Positions 1 to 12,949 of a stretch of DNA of 64,000 nucleotides are shown in pieces. The notes under the pieces are model-generated. The model searched no databases. It was given only the letters and a program-made list of their open reading frames with translations, and was not told the DNA's origin. The translations under genes were made by a program, and so were the position numbers. The stretch is from Eutreptiella sp. 'Long Island Sound 2002' (lineage: Eukaryota > Protista > Euglenida): NCBI GenBank assembly GCA_964036045.1, contig OZ038379.1, positions 55,056,001 through 55,120,000 on the forward strand, given 5' to 3'. Each line of letters opens with the position of its first letter. Position 1 is the stretch's first letter.

Positions 1-928
1 GGGGCAAAGTATGCTTCGAAGGGGAAGCTATGGGCCTCATGGTTTTGCATGGATGGTGGGGATGAACATGCTTTTGTGAGAAGCCTGGACATCTCTGCCA
101 ACCTCAACCAAGAGGTGAGGGATGTGGAGGAGGACGTTGTCCTCTTTCAAAACCAATTTTTGACTTGCATTGTTATTTTGATCCGGGACGGGAAGGCGGT
201 GCAAGCAACGGGGGGGGCTGAGTCTAAGTGTTGGTTGTGCAAAGACCCCAATGGTATTGTTGAGCAAATGGGGGTGGAGTCCACCTCAAGATGGGGGCCA
301 TTTCTGAGATGTGTGACCCCTGATAGACGGCCGGGGGACTACCAACATGCAGCATGCCGCATTCTAAATGGCATTGCAAAGCGCACTGAGACCACCCTTC
401 AGGCCCTCCCCCCTGGTACCCTTGGTAAGGCCGAAGCTCTTGCAGCTTTGTAGGCTTTCAAACAAGCCCTGAAGGATGAGAGCCGAGGCATTCCTATGAG
501 GGAACGTCTCCTCTCGGCCTCAAGGGCCGACGAAAAAGATTTTGATGTTACAAGCACCAAAGTTTTCCTAACCTCCCCCCCCCTTCCAAAGGCAATTTGT
601 GGATTGCCTCAAAGATCATGTCCCCACAGTGAGGAGCCGTGGTGGAGCTCCATTATGGGTTGTTGTGCATGTCATGGTAACATGCATTGAGGGTTTGTAT
701 GAGCTTTGGAGGGTGAGGGAGATGTACACTCTAACCCAAGTGGAACGCCACCGTGCGTTGACCGCAAAAGTTTCAAAAGCTCGGGGAGACTCAGGTTGGT
801 CCCCCACCAGGTGGATCCATTGGTGCTTGGCACATTCCATTTTTTTTGCCGAGAAATGGAGGAACATTTTTCGGTTTTCGTCCATCCCAACGGAGTATCG
901 GCATGAGCCTTACAAGAGGAGGCTCTAA
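1..928 (+). pseudogene. RAG1/Transib/CMC-like DDE transposase, 5'-truncated, with an in-frame TAG and a frameshift
   Basis: Frames 49..453, 496..690 (same frame, across TAG 451-453) and 599..928 give WASWFCMDGGD, IRDGK (second D), CWLC, GDYQH and WIHWCLAH-x19-E (PTEYRH). This follows the RAG1 D708/C727/C730/H937/H942/E962 motif order. Confidence 0.75.
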
Positions 929-1150
929 AATTGGTTCAAGGGTTGGTCCTTGGTGAGGCCAAGTATGTCCTTCCGCCACATGCACCATTGCATGTCCATG
1001 AACGCCCTGGAGCAAGGGCTTTTGGGACTGGAGGCAGCCAAGGCCTCAGACATTGACGAGTTTGTGTGAAGAAAGACCATAAATGCTCTGTGCCGAGTGT
1101 TTTGTGTTGTTTGTCCTAGTGAGGGATGGAGGAGAGATGCGCGACACTTA

Positions 1151-1262
1151 CCCGCGATAACTGCGTGATAACCGAGTTATCGCGCGATAACTAGTGCTCT
1201 AACTAGTTAGAGCAAGGTGCTCTAATTGTGCTCTAACTTTGTTCTAACTCTGCTCTAACTCT
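1151..1262. repeat. Element terminus TA|CCCGCGATAAC with subterminal palindrome array (GTTATCGCGCGATAAC; TAGAGC/GCTCTA)
   Basis: TA at 1149-1150, then CCCGCGATAAC and clustered palindromic repeats. The TA|CCC terminal style matches other elements in the window. Confidence 0.55.
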
Positions 1263-1407
1263 TTGACCCCCCACCCAAAAACCACCCCTACTATGAGGGT
1301 TGTGTGGGGAAAGAAAGGTGATGGGGGGTTTTTGAGGGTGCCGGATCCATTTTTTTAGGTGGTTTGCCCCAAAATTGAGGCTAGGTGGGTGTTCCGGAAA
1401 TCGTGCT

Positions 1408-1905
1408 CTAACTAGGGGTTCCGCACCACACCCTAGAACGCTGCATCCCACTAACCACCATGGTCCTTAGTAACCCCCCTACTACATGTGTGACACCCTC
1501 TTGTCCCTCTATCTCTTCGCTCAACCTCCCACAATAATTCATTGCCTGTAGATAGGCAATGTCATCCGGGCCATCCATGGCCCACCATGTCCCCCATAGG
1601 GCTGGATTGCGTGCAGCCTCTGGTCCCGCCCATACATCTACAAAAACGTCTGCCCTAGTGGCAGAACTTTTGCATAGTGGGGCTTCATCCGTGCCCACTA
1701 TCACTTTGATAGGGTCTGCAGGGACTTGGAGTCGTCCAGCACCTTTGGCAATCTCGATGATAGTATAAACCACATCTTTCAGGGATACCTTGGCTGCTGC
1801 CCTGTCCCTTTTAGTGACAGTGCTTACAACCACGGGGATGGCATGGAAGGGCCGCAAGGATTGCTTGGTGGTATATAGCTCCTCCTTTGTGACCAAACTC
1901 AACAT
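1408..1905 (-). pseudogene. Fragment of a RAG1/CMC-like transposase (first catalytic D region)
   Basis: VIVGTDEAPLCKSSATRADVFVD and LWGTWWAMDGPDD align by eye with VFCVDATPFWKASATRGDVYID and LWSTWFTFDGSDN of the 55215 ORF. Confidence 0.7.
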
Positions 1906-2227
1906 CTAGGTGGGTTACTTGAGGTTTCTTGATTCAAGGGGCGCTTTCGTACGGGTACCTTCGTGGCACACCACACGGCATCCTCTGTGACTACGAAGTA
2001 AAGGCCCAAAGTGTTTCTCAGGCAAAAACGAGGTAAAAACCAGGTAAAATGGGTAAAAATTCAACAACTTGCTTTGTGCGTGTTTGCTCGCCTTGCCCTT
2101 TGTTACAATGTGTAACGGACACATTTGCATGCAAATAGGTTGAAATATGGATGAACACGGAGGTGTTTTGCCACTTTTCCGTGTCCCGCCCCACACCACT
2201 CCTATGTACATGCAATTATTGTGTTGT

Positions 2228-2392
2228 AGTGGTTTTTTGCGCGTGTAAAAGGGTGTATTTGCATGCGTGGTTACCATAAGTTTAGCCTTTAAGCAAAAAG
2301 GGTCATTTATGCGCGTAAAAGGGTGTATTTACGTGTCATGTGAATTTCGTTGCGGACGCAAATTAGGTCTTTTGCGCACGCAAAATCCATGT
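2228..2392. repeat. Array of TTTGCGC(A/G)CG-type palindromic motifs upstream of a dioxygenase ORF
   Basis: Repeated tttgcgcgtgtaaaagggt / tttgcgcacgcaaaa units. The same motif family occurs at 13310-13475, 15070-15295 and 16905-17030. Confidence 0.65.
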
Positions 2393-2429
2393 AATTGCCT
2401 CTTCACTCTTAAGGGTTTCACTTTTAGGG

Positions 2430-3874
2430 GGCATGCTTTGCAAGAAGTCCAAAGCCAAGGCCGTTGTGCAAGCCCCCGGGGACCCGCATCCGCCGTCCAA
2501 GCCCGCCACTTTGCTCGCACTACCCACATGCCCACCAAGGAGGTTGTTGATGAGTATGCGAAGGTGGTGGGTGTGGAAAATGTGGCGGGAACCGGTATCC
2601 ATTTGTTGGAGTGTGCGCTCTCGGTGAATGATATTAAGGGGTTGCCAGCTATCCCCGTGGATGTTTGCTCAGTGAGACAGCGGCTGCAAAAATTACAGCA
2701 CGAAAACGGTGAACCCTTGAGATATTTGTTGAGGGTCAACCTGTAGGACAACCCAGTTGCTTTGACCAAGGGAGTTTTGAGCACTTTTGCTCTAGGCCTA
2801 TACCACTAGTTGAGCCCTGCCGCAATGGGGATAATCCTGCAACTTAGCGCAGAGACATTAACGGCATTGTTTGCCACAATGCAACGTGCCCAAGGCCCCC
2901 AACGGCAATGTGTGTCGGTGTACCATGTGCCGAATGCGGATGGGGAAAAGGAGGCCGGTAACCGAAGGATGTGGTCAGACCCCGTCAAGGTGAAACATTG
3001 GGAAGAGCACCTCCATACGGACACGCACATTTTTTTTCGGGAGTCCAACTTTTCGGACCGGTCGGCCTACGGAGCGATTCAGTCCGTGGGTCGGCGCCAG
3101 ACCTTGCAAGGACCGGCCATCCCCGATTTGACGCAGCCCACATTGTCATTGACATCGCAGTGAAATACCCTGTGTCGCGGCACCCGTTTCCGGACCCCCG
3201 AGAAGTATGAGGCCACATGCTACCGTTTGGTGGAGGATGTTTTGTGAGTGGACCTGGTGGATGAATTGTGTGCCCTGCAGTTGGAAGGAGTGGAGAATTG
3301 GGAGGACGCTCTTTTCTCCTTCGGGGCCACAACCAAGGTGGTGGGCGCTCGCAAACCGCCCCGGGCCCGGTATGGTTGCGGAAATGGTGAACAAGTGGCT
3401 CCGCTGGGAACTCCGGTGGCTTTTGCTGCGCATTTTGGCAGACTTTCTCCTGGTGCTGGATGACGTGGAGGACAAGGACCCCAGGTCGGTGGAACGGGAG
3501 GAGGCCCCCCCCATGTATGGGCTGTCAATGCCCGCACCGCGACTTCATGCTTACGTTGCGGGATGCCGGTGACACGAGGGTGGTTTTCATATCCCTGCAG
3601 GTTGATCGCCCACAAAAATCTTTGCCAATTGCACCGGGGAAGAGCTACGGCTACCACACGTCCAACACATGGCATGTGGTCCAGCAAAAGCGTGGCAGTG
3701 TTTTGCTGATGGATGGAACGTTGATCCATCGTGGAGCCGGCGGGCCGGGGAGGACAATTTTTTTCGTCTTTGTGCCGGAAAAATTCCGCACACCCCCAAA
3801 ATGCGGTGGAACCGGAGAATGTCTCCGACTTGACCTTCGTTGACACGGAGGTACCTGAGGTGGGAGAGGCGCAC
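2430..3874 (+). pseudogene. Transposon cargo ORF1 with PhyH-like 2OG-Fe(II) dioxygenase domain (disrupted)
   Basis: QCPHRDF (HxD at ~3535-3543) and GSVLLMDGTLIHRGAGGPGRTIFF. N-terminal DNPVALTK and IILQL resemble DTPVALVK and AIVLQL in ORF 4533. Confidence 0.65.
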
Positions 3875-4532
3875 GAAGACGCCCCGGCAACCTCTTCGGG
3901 CAGTGATTTGCAGCCCCCCGCACCACGTGCCCCACGGTTGAGTTGGTCGGCGCCCCTGAAAACGCCCCCAGGAATGGAGAAGATGGTCCCCTACACGGGT
4001 GATGTGTGGGTCACTGGGACTGGGCTTGGGAACGGTGCCATTAGCGTGTGCTCATTCACGATTGATCATGGTGAGCATAACGTGGCATACCAGCAATACT
4101 TGGTAGTATACGGGTAAAAAACGGGGTTCGGGGAGAAAGGTGTATGTGGCATGTACAGGTGGCTACTAATGTACAATGCACAATGCATGCATAGGTGAGT
4201 TGGGGAATACCTCTAGTTTGCCAATTATGATGATCAAAGTTGTGTTTGAAACTACCCCATTTTGGGCTCTTGGGGTATAGGGCCGTGTACTCGAGAGTAT
4301 AGGGCCGTATACTTAGAGTATACGGCCGTATACTGGGAGCACTTGTTTGCACCATGTGGTTGTTTCAACTTGAAAATTTCCATTGTTGTGCCTTTTGTGC
4401 CCATCTTCTTGCATGCTTGACTGACTGAAGAGACTGAAGAGTTGGTGCTTTGCTGTGCCCTGTGACTTAGTTCTTTGCCTTTGCCAAACAATTGCACACC
4501 ACTCGAAACCGATCTAGGCTCATACTTTACTC

Positions 4533-6524
4533 ATGATTGCAATGTATGTCTCCATATGTGTCCATTCCAATCCATATCATGTTGCTTCTTGCTCTCCTAG
4601 GCCCCCTTTTTTTGGCACCATGACTGATACGGGCACTCATGCCTTGCTGAAGAAGTGGGCCGATGCCGTAGCTCTCCGCACAGTGCACACAGGCGTGTAC
4701 AGCCCCGACAGCACACGCACCATGTCTCGGGCTTCTCTTGAGAATTGTGCTTGCTCCACCTTGGACACCCCTGTGGCCCTGGTGAAGGTAACGCAACCCG
4801 GCGTTGCGCAACCCCACGGCCTCACTGACCCTCTGTTGTCGGTGTTTGACAACAACCCTAACCTGCAAGCTATTGTGCTGCAGCTCCATGACACGGATGC
4901 CCACGCTGTCGCGGAGCACGTCAAAAAAAGCTGTGCGGGACCAAATAGGGGGATGAGTTTGTATTTGAGGGAATGTGAGATGCCGGATGGCTCTCCGGGG
5001 ATCCGGGTCTCCGGGGACCTAGCTGCTGGTTGGCGCAAATGGGAGTGCAAGGCCCAACAAGTGCAGCGGGGGCATTGGGAGGACACCGCCCCCCTCTACT
5101 CCCTCCACTCCCAATCGCCATGGTCCTGCCGTGCCGATTTGGAGGGCCACACCCTCCCCACCTGGTACAAGGGTACTGGGATGCACCCCTCCCTTTTCTT
5201 GCCCCTCACCACCACGCCACTTTTTGGTGTTGAACACCATCGTGTCTCCATCCCCGTTGAGGTCGTCGATCATGGACATGTCGACGACCTCAAGGATTTG
5301 ACGCAATGGGGGCATGCTTTCTAAACCGGCTTCATTTCTGTCGATTGGATGGAGTAGCTTGAGGATAAGTATCGGGAACTTAGGGGGGATGCCGGGGTCA
5401 ATATTTTTAATGAGGATTGGCCCGCCGAGACTCGTGCAGGGCACAGTGACACCCGCCGCACGGTGACACCACCACAAGGGGGTGCAATGCACAGTTTTGC
5501 AAGGGAGGTCTATATACCCCACTTGGAGACTCATTTGGGTTGGAAGTGTCCGGTCGTGAATGTCACCACCTTTATTGTGGTGAATGCCGGTACCGTGGAT
5601 GTGGAAAAAAAACAGTGTTGGCACCGTGACATTAACCTCAGCTGTGTTACCGGTCCGGATCAACACCATGTTATTTGCTTGTTCCCGATGTTCAGCCCCA
5701 CACCCGATGATGGTTGTGCTGGGGATTTCGTTGTTGCATCACACACGGGCCTCCCGGACCCTTGGATGGTGGCCCCATTGGCCCCACAGAACATCGGGGA
5801 TGTGTGGTTGGGCAATGCACTTGTTGTGCATCGAGGAGGTATTTGCCCTACTATTTTCCACTAACCCCAATCGGCCCCTTGTTTTTGGCTTCATTTCAGT
5901 TGGTACCTCAAGGTTCGACTAGAACAACACTTGCCCAGTTGTTGTTCCCCCTTGGGCCAACAAAGCGGCCGCATCTCCCCATGGGTCTCAAGGCCCTCAT
6001 GCCACTTGTGGTGCAGTTGGTTGTAAGTTGTTGGTGGACGTGAGTGATGGTACCACAGTTTTTTGTGTTACATGTGGTAATGTGCCATTGTGTGCCGACC
6101 ACAGCATGGAGGGGCAGTGTGCCTGTGTGTGTCAGTGTGCCATGGTGCCTGTTAGGATCGCACTTGGAATCAGGGTGAGACAATGACGCAACACGGTGGT
6201 GGTGCATGGGGTCGCTGTCCGGCCCCATTGCAGTTCTTTATGCCCGCCGATGGGGCTGCTTTTTTTGCAATTCATGAAAATTTGAGCCCCTGCCCCCTTC
6301 GTGTTGATGTTGAGGGTCACCCTTCATATGCGGAGTGCCCATTGCGGCAAATGCATGCTAACCCTTTGCCTTTGGTGGGCCCCGATGGGATCTTCCTTGC
6401 TTGTCCCCCCGCTTCATTGGTGGTTTCGGGCGGTTTGATTGGTGGTGTTGCTTTGGCTTCCACCGATGCCGCAATTGGCGGGGTTTTGCACTGGTTTGCT
6501 CTTGGGCACAAGCACCACCTTATA
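4533..6524 (+). pseudogene. Cargo ORF1: N-terminal domain, PhyH-like 2OG-Fe(II) dioxygenase and Cys-containing C-terminal domain, interrupted by a MITE
   Basis: ORFs 4533..5324, 5463..5864, the 5584 frame end and 6183..6647. KQCWHRD (5622-5630), GDVWLGNALVVHRGG and NRPLVF are PhyH-type HxD...H...R motifs. Confidence 0.7.
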
Positions 6525-7277
6525 CCCTTCGTGAAGTTGCCGTTTGAATGGGAGATTCTTGGTAGCGTGAATGTGACAAATTTTTGCTTTGTTTTGCTCG
6601 TAACTTGGCGCCATCGTTTGCATTTGTTGTGCCATCTTTGTCGCTAAAAATGTCGTGAAATTTGATGTTTTACCTTGTTGGTAGCTTGCGAATGTTCGGC
6701 TCAATCACCGTGAACGCAACACGAATTTACCACATGCACGCATGCGTGAATTTCACGTGAATTCGGGTAGATGTTTGCTGAAATTTGGATTTTTTTTGGA
6801 AATTCGTACGAAATTCGCACCAAATTCGTACGAAATTCGCACCAATTTCGTACGAATATGGAGATTCTTATTAAACTCGCAAATAGCGCGCGCGACATTT
6901 GCAGCAACGTGCGCGGCCTTGGCAGGAATTTCGTACGAATCTGCCGAATTCGCACGAATTTCGTATTCATTTCGTACGAATTTCGTACAAAATTCGTACC
7001 AAATTCGTACGAAATTCGCAAATTCAGGCCCAAAGGTACTGTAACATGTTGCCGGGATTTTTTGGGGGCGCAGTTTGGGCCTCATGGGTCTGTTTGGGGT
7101 GGGACTTTCATTGAATCATGGGGACCGAAAACGGGGCTTGAGGTTTGTCCATCTAATACGTCATATTGAAGCCAAAATTTCCTGTTTCTCTAAAGAAAAA
7201 AAACAGGAAAATTGGGTCAAATTCACGTAAATCTCACGCTCCATTGAAACGGCCACTTAACCCCCTTTCACGAAGGG
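6525..7277. mobile_element. 753-bp non-autonomous derivative (MITE) of the CCCTTCGTGAA family, TA flanks
   Basis: TA|CCCTTCGTGAA at 6523-6535 and TTCACGAAGGG|TA at 7267-7279. Internal AAATTCGTACGAA array at 6750-7020. Ends match those of element 21614-27664. Confidence 0.85.
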
Positions 7278-7587
7278 TACACTCATGGATGTTGCACTGG
7301 CGGACAGCTATGGTTGGGTGATGTGGTGGCCATTGAAGGCCAGCTCAAGAAAGAAGAAGTCGAAGCCAAACCCCAAGCCAAAGTCAAGGACGGGCAAGGA
7401 GAAGGCCGTTGAAGAAGTTGAGGAAGTGGAGGAGGAACAAGAGGAGAAGAATAAGCTGTGGTGCCTCTGCAGTCAGGTATTTCTTGTGGGCTGTGGGCAT
7501 GGGTGGAAGTGTGTTGTTGTCATTCATTAATTGTCATTCATTTAAAAAGGTAGCGTCACCGGTAGGTTTTTTTTGTTTGCCTGTCGT

Positions 7588-7779
7588 CAGCGCCTCTTTG
7601 GGTGGTTGCGGTTCTTCAAGTTGAAGTTTTCATCGATCTTCAACCTTTTCAGCTTCTTTGCAGCATTCTTCAATGGCCTCCACACGTTTTTGCATGTTTG
7701 AGGGCAGTTGGGTTCGAACCAGGGACGTTACGTGCGCAAGTGTAGCATGCATATCTCTCACCCACACGGTGCCATGGCC
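7588..7779 (-). pseudogene. Small CxxC/His basic ORF, putative zinc finger, diverging from a palindrome array
   Basis: PWHRVGERYACYTCARNVPGSNPTALKH, then after a frameshift WRPLKNAAKKLKRLKIDENFNLKNRNHPKRR*. Homologous to 15318-15512 with many synonymous differences. Confidence 0.5.
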
Positions 7780-7784
7780 TTGTA

Positions 7785-7960
7785 ATACGGCCGTATACCT
7801 TGTGTATACGGCCGTATACTCGCGGTATACGGCCGTATACCTCCGATACACGGCCGTATACCGCGAGTACACGGCCGTATACCTGCCCATTCATTCTGGG
7901 TATACGACCGTATACTCGGGGGTATACGGCCGTATATTGCGGGGGGTACGGCCGTATACT
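7785..7960. repeat. Dense array of TACGGCCGTATA palindromes
   Basis: About 9 copies of (a)tacggccgtata(c) spaced ~17-22 bp apart, immediately upstream of ORF 8029. Confidence 0.85.
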
Positions 7961-8028
7961 CATAGTATTTGTTGCCAATTTCAATCTATTTTGACTAGTT
8001 TTTTGTTAGAATTCCACCCCTTCTTTCT

Positions 8029-8814
8029 GTGCAGTTCCATTCTGATCCCTGGCCACTACGGAGCATCAGTGATTATGAAGTGGTCGAGACCGAGGTGGAG
8101 TTGGTGGCGCCGAGGGCTGCCGCAGGTCAAGTGGTCTCCGGTCGGAAGTACCAGGAACCGATTGCCGTGGGGCGGGGGGATGTTGCCTTTGCCCCCTATG
8201 ACCTGGCATGCACCACTGGCAAGGACGCTGGGTACTATTACCGATTGAATGTCCGTGCCAATGGTGCACTGTATGATATTCGACTGCCCACCAGGGTGGT
8301 TGCAAATCTGAAGGAGGGGGCAATTGATGCCTTTTTGGGGGCCGCAGTGTGGTCGAAGAGCTCGGGGAAGGTGCGACTTTTTTTTAGCACCACAGGGGAA
8401 AACGGAGCATTTCGGACTCCATCATGGTGCTCCAAATTTTTAGGTGGGAGCCTGTCCCGCCGCAGCAATGCCAGGCCCTCCATGCCGAGTTGGCCGCGAG
8501 GGCGGGAAAGCAGCTTGGGGGGAGAGGACTGAAGCGGGCTCATGATGAGCCCGTTGAGATGACGGAGTTCAGCCGGACTTCCCTGTCCTTCTTGAGGGAG
8601 GCCAAGGAGGAGCTGAAGGTTGCCCATGCTGAGGGTGACGCCAAGGAGAGGAGGATTGGCCGAGGCCACCTCAAGTGCCCATGAGTGGCATCTCAAGGCC
8701 AAGGTGTTGGAGACGCAACTCCAAGCGGCCAAGGCCAATGAGGAATGCGCAAGGTCCATTGTTGCCCAGAGTGTCACACGGTCTGCACCCCCACGCCAAG
8801 CGTCTGGGAGTTAG
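8029..8814 (+). pseudogene. Transposon accessory ORF2 (globular N-terminus, coiled-coil C-terminus), frameshifted
   Basis: Frames 8029..8532, 8424..8684 and 8620..8814. C-terminal LREAKEELKVAHAEGDAKERR..LETQLQAAKANEE is heptad-like. Position is equivalent to ORF 24231. Confidence 0.45.
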
Positions 8815-10675
8815 GGCAGTGGGAGTCAGGGTAGTCAATCCGCCTCCCCAGCACGTTGCCTGCCCCCAGAGCCGGCATGACTACCCCCTTCCAACCCCGC
8901 CCTTGCAGCTTTGTGCCGGGACCCGGTGTACCGCAAGGTGCACATCTCGGGTGTACATGTGCACAATGTGCAGTTTGGGGCTACAGGAACACACAGGCAA
9001 GGGAAGGATTTCTGCTGTGCCCGCTTGTGCAGCAGGAATGAGAGGCAAAGGGAGCTAACTTGCCTTTCAAATGCACATGCGCAAGCAAATTTTCTAAGGT
9101 GGTTCCATTGGTCCACCATTCAAGTGGTACAATACAGTACCTCACAAAGAATGCCGGGGCATCGCCATATGCAGGATCCTTCTCCTCTTTCCGCCATTTG
9201 CGTTGTCGAGGCGCATAGTAGAGGGGAGGTATGTGTTGAATCAAGGGGAGTGCTCCATAGTCTCACGCAAGGGACCCCGATGCGGTTGGGTGTATATGGA
9301 GGAAGTGTTGTGGATGCGAAGGTTTACAAGGGCCGGGACTGGTTTTTAACTCCAATGCCTACCATGGGCGTGTCCCATGGACGGGCGCGCACTATGCCAT
9401 TGTTTTCTACAATGGGTGCAACCCAGATTATCTCCGTGATGAATCTATTGAAGAGTTACCGGCCTATGGCTTTCGTCCTTGGGGCCACTAGGAAGCACCG
9501 TATACTACTGGTATACGGCCGGCCGTATACCTCCAAGTATACGGACATATACCTGTCAGTATACGGCCGTATACCGGAAGTATACTTCGAAGTATTTGCA
9601 CTAATTCTTGCACGGTGTGTCCCTGTTGCATGCGCTTGTGCGCACGGTCCCATTGGGCAACTAGCCCACATATGACTGGAACATGTTTCTACAGCAATTA
9701 TTCTTACAACTATGTTTACGAATGCCCATCCGATGGAGAAGGTGCTCTGTTTGGAGACTATTGAAGAAGTTTGTGAGGGAATAAAACGCCGACAATTGAC
9801 CCCCTATGCAGTATGTGATCTGCATCCACAAACATCAACGCCACCACATTCTTTTGCTTCACATCATATGGCCCACCCTGTTTTTTTTACATTAGGATTG
9901 CGGGGACAGAGGGCAACGGCAAAGACATTTGTGGATTCAAACGGTTGCATCAGCATCGCTTGGTGATGATGTACTTTTACGACCCCATGCCTCAGGCCTC
10001 ATGATTATTTTAAAAGATGGTGAGGTAGATGCAGCCGACAAGGAGGCAATCAACCTACTCGCATGGATGCGGCGGCACCATCTTTCCATCCGGGCATTGA
10101 AGGGTTGCATGAGGACAACACACCTTACCTGTCCCTGGGGATTGATGTGTTGATTGTACATGTTAGACAACGTGCCCCATCTCTTCATAGCACAGCGGGA
10201 AACCACAACTCTTCCGGCCCGCGGAGGCGGGTTTGAACCCCAAGGGGGGTTGAGACGCACCGGACGTCCCGAACGCCCCCTTTTATCAGAGACCGAGAGC
10301 GCGAGAGAGAGAGGGACACAATGGGGGGAGGTCCAGAACGCATAAGTTAGAGAACGTGAGAAGAGTCCTGTGGATACGCCATGTTATTGGGTAACGTGCT
10401 AAGGGAGGCAGAGTGGTGTAGTCGTTATCATCGTTGACAGTCGTCGCATAGATCGCTGTTTCGAGCCCGGCCTGTAGCAGTGCTTCCTCCCACCGGCCCC
10501 GCCTGACTGGGGACTGGGACCCCTCCCGCTTTTGATTCTTTTCACCACTCCCTGACGGGCAGCTACAGAACACAGGTGATTGACCGCATAGGCGAAGAGC
10601 AAAAAGGAACCCGGCCACCTGCAGCAGTGCGCCCCACCACCGCCCCCGCCCGACGGGAGGCTACCACCCCACCCG

Positions 10676-12432
10676 TTGCTTGCCTTTGCCCGAGCCGCCG
10701 CTCGGGCGGCTCGGACAGCGGGAATCGAACATGGGACCAGCGACGCTGGCATCCAGGGTGCTTCCACTGGGGCAGGCGGCGCAGCATCCGTTCAAGGACG
10801 CGTGAGGGACTGGAGGAGGGATGCCCAACCTTACCCAACCTTCCCACACCGCGCTTCGCTTGGGCGCCATCCATAAGAAACCAAGTGTGCCTAACCGGAT
10901 GTATGTGGAACGGACATGTAGTAGTAGTCGTATGTGGGCAACAGCCATTGGCTTGAGCCTCAGCACATTGCATGGTTACGACCACTACGAACTGATTTGT
11001 GTGGAGCCGGAACCTATGAGCGGGGGTACCCGGTTAGCCAAGTATCCGTCTCTATGCCAGCCTGTCCCAGGGGAGGGTATTGGAGGTGGCCGCTAAAGAG
11101 GGTACACGGACATGTGGGTTGGAGGAATTGCATCATATCTTCACCACCCTGGTTGCATGTGCCCACGCTGAGGACAGCATTCGGAAGTATGAGGAAAATA
11201 GATGTTTGGCTGTTGTAAACTGTTATGATGCCACTGTTTTTCATAATGCCAGCGCCACGCGCGTGTTGTGTTTGTGGACCTATGGGAGGATAGCGGGGCA
11301 CACCATGATGGTCAGGCATGGGCCTCATGGTGGGTTTTTGATGGGGGAGATGATATGGCCCATCTGCAAAGGATGGATGCCGTGAGGATGGATGCCGTGG
11401 GGAAATCGAATGACCAAGTCAAAAAACTTGAGGCAGAGGGCGGCATAGAACTTGGGGGAACTCCCAAAAAATTATTGTGTTTTAAAGGTGGGGATGGGAA
11501 AGTCATGATGTCGGGTTCGTGTGGGAAATGTTGGAATTGCAATCTCAAGTATGACCAATTCGAAGCCCATTTTATTTGCAATGGCAGATTTTCCAATGCT
11601 TGCTCGCATTGGCTCCCTTATGTCTTGCATCCCTTCCGTCCGCAATGTTGGATATGTGGCACATTGTTGTGCAAGGGTGGCGACAGGCATTGGGAAATGT
11701 CTCAAGGACAGTGCCCGCACACGGGGCTCACCAGGAGCCCTCAAGGCCATGTCCCATGTCATTTCTATCCTCCGAGAAGAGGCGAAGCACATCCCTGTGT
11801 CTGAGAGAGTGATACGTGCTCCCTCGAAAGAGAAGGAACACACTCTCGACATTGACGCCTCCCGCCTTTTTTTGAAACACATGAGTTGCACACCGAGTTG
11901 GTGCGCATTGTTGCAATGTATTGTACCAATATTGTTTCGTGGGAGGGCAACATGTGGCTGGCTCAGAACCAGTGCCGTCCTGCACCACATGTTGCAGGCC
12001 TGTTACTATATGCAAAAGATTTGGCGCCATGTGGGTCCTGTTCCCATGGATCAACGCCAACGCTATGCATGCATGGTTGCACAATTCACCCGGGCATGGA
12101 AAGCACTGGGCCGGAGTGTTGCGGTTTGGGTGCATTGGGTGGTCTGCCACAGTGGTGCACACCTCCAAAGGCGGGGTAATTTTATGAAGTTCTCTCCCAT
12201 GCCCACGGAATGGAGGAACAAAAGTTTTAAAATGTATATCCGCCATTGTTTCCAAGGGCGGAAGCTGAGCAAGCCTTATGTCACCCGATGGGGACTAAGG
12301 CATTCTCTGCACCTATATGCCCTTGATTGGGGCATCTGTTTGTGGTTTGGGGAAAAGGGCTTGGGTAGAGAGGGCATCAGGTTTGGCATGCAACGCATGC
12401 GGAGGAAGCAGCGTGCACCAAAACACATGTAG
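10676..12432 (+). pseudogene. RAG1/Transib/CMC-like DDE transposase, frameshifted
   Basis: VVNCYDATVFHNASATR (D1), WASWWVFDGGDD, GGDGK (D2), CWNC, and WVHWVVCH-x19-E-WRNKSFK. The last matches RAG1 YFHKTLAH-x19-E-SGNKLFR spacing exactly. Confidence 0.8.
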
Positions 12433-12949
12433 GTATATATCATGTGATATGATATGATGTGCAATATGCATACGTATGTATATTAAGTATATATGATGTG
12501 CATAAGTGGATCACATTTGACATTTCAGATGGGACGTCAAACAAGGATGCTTCTTGTGGTCTTCTGCTTTGCTCATACGGTGGTCTTTTGTGTGTACAAT
12601 GTGTTTGGTGGTTGGAGAGTCATGAGTACTGACAAGGGGGGGGGGGGGGGCGGTAGTTGATGAGAATGGTGGCATGGGTAGAAGGCAGAAAGTCCCCGTT
12701 CACTCCGAGTATACGGCCGTATACTTCTGAGCATACAGCCGTATACTCCGAAGGATGCGGCAAGAATACTTCTCCAATACTTCGAGTACGCTGACAAATA
12801 CCTCAAAAACTGCAGATTGCCACACACAAGTGTGGATGTATGGAATCGGGTTTGTGGTTGTTTGACCCCCTCACCCCCTATTTTCAGGGTGCCAAACTCA
12901 TTTTTTCATATCCCATGGGCACACGGAACGACTAGGTACATGTGACAAA

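Larger units (their letters stand above)
4270..12790 (+). mobile_element. Multi-gene DNA transposon, TACGGCCGTATA family (dioxygenase, coiled-coil ORF, transposase); ends not resolved
   Basis: TACGGCCGTATA arrays at 4270-4335, 7785-7960, 9495-9585 and 12705-12750 bracket ORF1 (4533-6524), ORF2 (8029-8814) and the transposase (~10676-12432). Gene and array order match element 21614-27664. Confidence 0.65.

Noticed and set aside
6750-7020. AATTCGTACG, TACGGCCGTA and 72-bp arrays as CRISPR arrays
   Set aside because: Eukaryotic context, irregular spacing, no unique spacers of constant length and no cas genes.
7765-7771. CACGGTG (also 15327-15333 reversed) as an RSS-like heptamer or Transib terminus
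   Set aside because: Homology between the two loci continues through the site. It is the His-Arg-Val part of the small zinc-finger ORF, with no TSD and no partner end.
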